DNA from: Chromera velia
Taxonomy: Eukaryota
DNA length: 57,837 nucleotides
Direction: 5' to 3'
NCBI GenBank assembly: GCA_018398765.1
Contig: JAHBMJ010000064.1
Location: 1 to 57,837, forward strand
Part shown: piece by piece, positions 45,791 through 57,837 of the stretch
Position numbering within the stretch: position 1 is the first letter of the stretch
Layout of the letters: the number at the start of each line of letters is the position of its first letter
Translations under genes and position numbers: made by a program
Notes under the pieces: generated by a model
Database searches by the model: none
What the model was told of the DNA's origin: nothing
What the model saw: only the letters and a program-made list of their open reading frames with translations

Positions 45791-46529
45791 GGTGTGCGTG
45801 CGTGTGTGTGTGTCTGTGTGTGCGTGTCTGGGAACGAAAGGAAGAAAAAGAAAGTTCGGGTACATGTCTGCCTGTCTGTCGATCCAGCTGGGTCAATTAG
45901 TCCGTCAGAAACCGACCTTTTCCAGTATCTTCCCACGAACATCCAGAGACTGTCCTTTCAACGTAAGTCAGACGACTGAGACTGAGAGAGAACTTCCTTC
46001 CTTCCGTTTCGATCGTCCTTGAAATTCCCTCACCTCATTTTTTGTTGAATTAATTTATTTGCTATCAAGCAACAGTCAGTGACTGATGATGAACAATTCT
46101 CTGATGGATCGCTCGAGAGAGTTCGAGGGAGGGAGCTCTGCATGGGCTCCTGTCGGTTTCTGCATGCACGTGGAACCTTGATCTTGTTTGTGCATGTTAA
46201 GAATTCATCTAGCGATCTAAGTGTATCTTGTGCAGTTTAAAACTGACTGGAAAGAGGGAAAGTGTGTGTTCGTCCAAATGTAGATCTGCATCTGCATCAC
46301 CATTTCGTTCTCATCTTTTTGCTTTGTTGATTTTGTTCGATGTAGAGATCCACCTCTGTGCTGTTTGTCTCATGTAGAGCAGACTGTCAGTCTGATGCCC
46401 CCCCAGTTCCCTTCCGGTTGCGTGTATTGTTCTAACCCATATTTGCATGTTGAGAGATTGAAGTGTACGTCGGTGATTTGGGTAGGATCAGAAAATCATA
46501 CCGACCGTGGTTGTTGCATTTGCTTGCAG

Positions 46530-48019
46530 ACACCAACTTTGGTGAGACAGGTCTCAAAGAGCTGAGCAAAGCAGCAGAGGCAGGCAGATTGTCGAACCTC
46601 CTTCATCTGTCACTCGACAGAATTGGTAACACGGACATGGACGGAGACGGCATGCGGTCGTTCGGGGCCGCTTTGTCGTCTTGTGACAGCGTGAGACCGC
46701 TGAAGCTGCAGACTCTCAGCCTTGTAGGCCTCCGGATAGGGTCTGGGAACGGGTTGTCCTTGATTCTGCGTAGAGACGTTGTGCCCTCTCTGCGAGAATT
46801 AAAAGTCTCCTTTTGCAAGCCTGCGCAGGTCTGTATGGTGGAGGTCGTGGCTGCAATTAGCAGAGGAGACCTGGTTGGACTTGAAAGTCTGGACTTGGAT
46901 GGTCTCGATGTGCTTCCGTTGGAGTGCTCGATGCTTGCTGGGGTTCTACGTCGTTGTCTTTTACCTTCTCTCACGCGTCTGAATCTCGACAATTGGGCTG
47001 TACCCAAGGAATGTCTCGGTTCATTGCTTCGAGCATTTGCAGAGAAACAAGAGAGGCCGCCTCTGGAGGAGGTTTTTCTTGGAGTCAGCGGGGCTTCTGT
47101 CTCTCATGCTGCAGTTTTGGGAAGTGGAGAGTTTTCTTTTGTGAAACACCTAAGCGTCTCCTTAGTAGTTATGCAGGAAGCCCTGGCATTTCTGTCGGCA
47201 CTCATTGAAGCAGCAGAGGGGTGTGTGTTGGAGCGCGTGGATTTGCAGTTGTGGGACGTGGGAGGAGAGGGTGAAGTGGTGGTTGCCTTGGCAAAGGCTC
47301 TTGAGAAAGGAAAGCTGGGAAAGGTTCTTCGGCATCTCTCGATTCGAAATGTAGCCATGGATAGTACCCTTCAGGACGCCCAGAAACTCCCACTCTTCAC
47401 CTCCATTTTGAAGCTGGAGACCCCTATGTCGTCTCTCCAGAGTCTCTCGCTGAACAGTCTGGATCTAGATGATAGTGACCTCTGGTGGGTGGGGGGTATC
47501 ATCAGAAGGGGGCAGATGCCAAATTTGAGGAGAATGGATTTATCCGAGAATGAATTTGGGCCTGAGGGACTGAAGGTTTTGATGGAGGGGGTCTGTGCAT
47601 TGGAGGGGGCGGTGCGTAATCTTGAGTCCCTCGCCCTGTCTTGCACTCAAGCAGGTCGTCAGAAAAGTGGAATCGAGGCCATGGGGGGTGCATTCTGTCT
47701 CGGAAAGCTTCCATCGCTCCGGGCGCTGTATCTGGGGAATTGTTTGATGGCCGATGCCACTGCAACCTGCCTGGTTGAGGCTCTTCAGCCTCTTCGTCTT
47801 CCTCTGTTCAGAACTCTGGATGTGCAGTGCAACCCGATGAGCCCAGACGGGGTGGATGCGTTCTTTGAGAAGATCCAGCGTGGGTCTCTGGTGGGTCTAG
47901 AAACCCTGAGAATAAAAAATGCACAGACAGATGCAGACAGACTGGGAAAGACAGTCGCAAAGGCCCAGAGAGAAGGAAAGTTGCCCTCTCTGAGAATTCA
48001 GGGAGGTCTCCCTGCATGA
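46530..48019 (+). CDS. Leucine-rich repeat (RNI-like) protein, large terminal exon; 5' exons (about 43500-45050) unresolved
   Basis: ~495 open codons with LxxLxL repeats (LPSLTRLNLDNW, MPNLRRMDLSENEFGPEGLKVL, LPSLRALYLGNCLM, FRTLDVQCNPMSPDGV). Probable acceptor TTGCAG ends at 46529. Candidate upstream exons start at ~43658, 44347 and 44941. Confidence 0.8.
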
Positions 48020-48878
48020 GTGGCTTTACGTTACTATTGAAACACTAGTTGAAACACCTCAGCAAAATCAATTTAGTGCATTTCACTTTTTATTTTTTCC
48101 AGTCAAGCACCAAAATAAAGAAAATCATCAGACCTACCTACCGCGTTGTTAAATCTACCTTTAGTTAGTAAAACTTAGTTTAATTCAGTTTAGTTTATAA
48201 ACTTACGAAGAACCAACTAACATTTAGTAATTAAACTAAGCTAGAAGCTAACAGTTGCTAGCTGCACAGATTTGACGCGTGGTTGCGCCCCCGAGCCCTC
48301 CTTACCTTCCTCCAGCGTCATGATGTGCTTCATATAGCTTCATAATCACCTATAGTATCTTATACTGTTTTATACTACAGATGATAATTAAAAATTGATG
48401 ACATGTGACATGCGCACGATAGGTGATCAAGCTTTCAATTATGAGGTTTTGCAGTTTGAAACACTAAACTAAATTGAAGAGTCAATGAAGACCACGACTA
48501 TGATATACGTTTTAATTTAGTTAGTTAGTTAAGTCTCTTTATAGTCCAGTCTTGCGTAAATATGTGAATTAATTAATTAACCAAACAAATAAACTAACTA
48601 AAGACTACGCTGGACCACGCCTATTGTATAGTACATGTTTCTTTTTTAAAATAATATGTACAGATTATGAATTTTAATATGAATCATCCTAGGAATTATC
48701 TTAACAATATTGAATAAGAATGACCATGTTTCAGTTTTAAATTTTTTTTTCATTATTTAGTACGACTTACTACATTTTTAGCAAATTGCAAGTACAAACA
48801 CAGGACATTGCGTTGATCACACAGGTTTTTGAATGCTATATACATCACAATCAAGCCAGCCTGAGGACTTCAATTTCC

Positions 48879-57635
<8,757 letters not shown>

Positions 57636-57642
57636 CTGCAAA

Positions 57643-57837
<195 letters not shown>

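Overview
Eukaryotic, intron- and microsatellite-rich genomic DNA. GT..TGCAG introns, abundant TGCATGCA, a P/U-type cyclin, BBS5 and an RNI-like LRR gene suggest an alveolate, probably a chromerid such as Chromera (inference, not verified). I reconstructed eight genes by hand from splice signals and phase consistency. From left to right: the 5' end of an unknown gene (-), RRP12 (+, 14 exons), a PHO80/P-type cyclin (-), an intronless TMEM229/CmpB-like membrane protein (+), an F-box/Kelch protein (-), BBS5 (-, 15 exons), an LRR protein (+) and a large ARM-like protein (-, 5' end outside the window). Most ORFs in the supplied track are microsatellite or antisense artefacts. Two non-coding patterns stand out. 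(1) At three places a short related element (TGCATTYAYTTTCA-type ends, a hairpin in two cases) sits between 31-53 bp direct duplications of a splice acceptor plus exon start, which leaves the host gene intact and creates a decoy acceptor. (2) There is a RIP-like C-to-T signature: two copies of a 544-bp Tc2/pogo-like MITE differ only by transitions, mostly CpA/TpG to TpA, and AT/TpA-rich islands lie downstream of gene 3' ends. Three N gaps are present (14253-14291, 30952-30953, 42132-42144).
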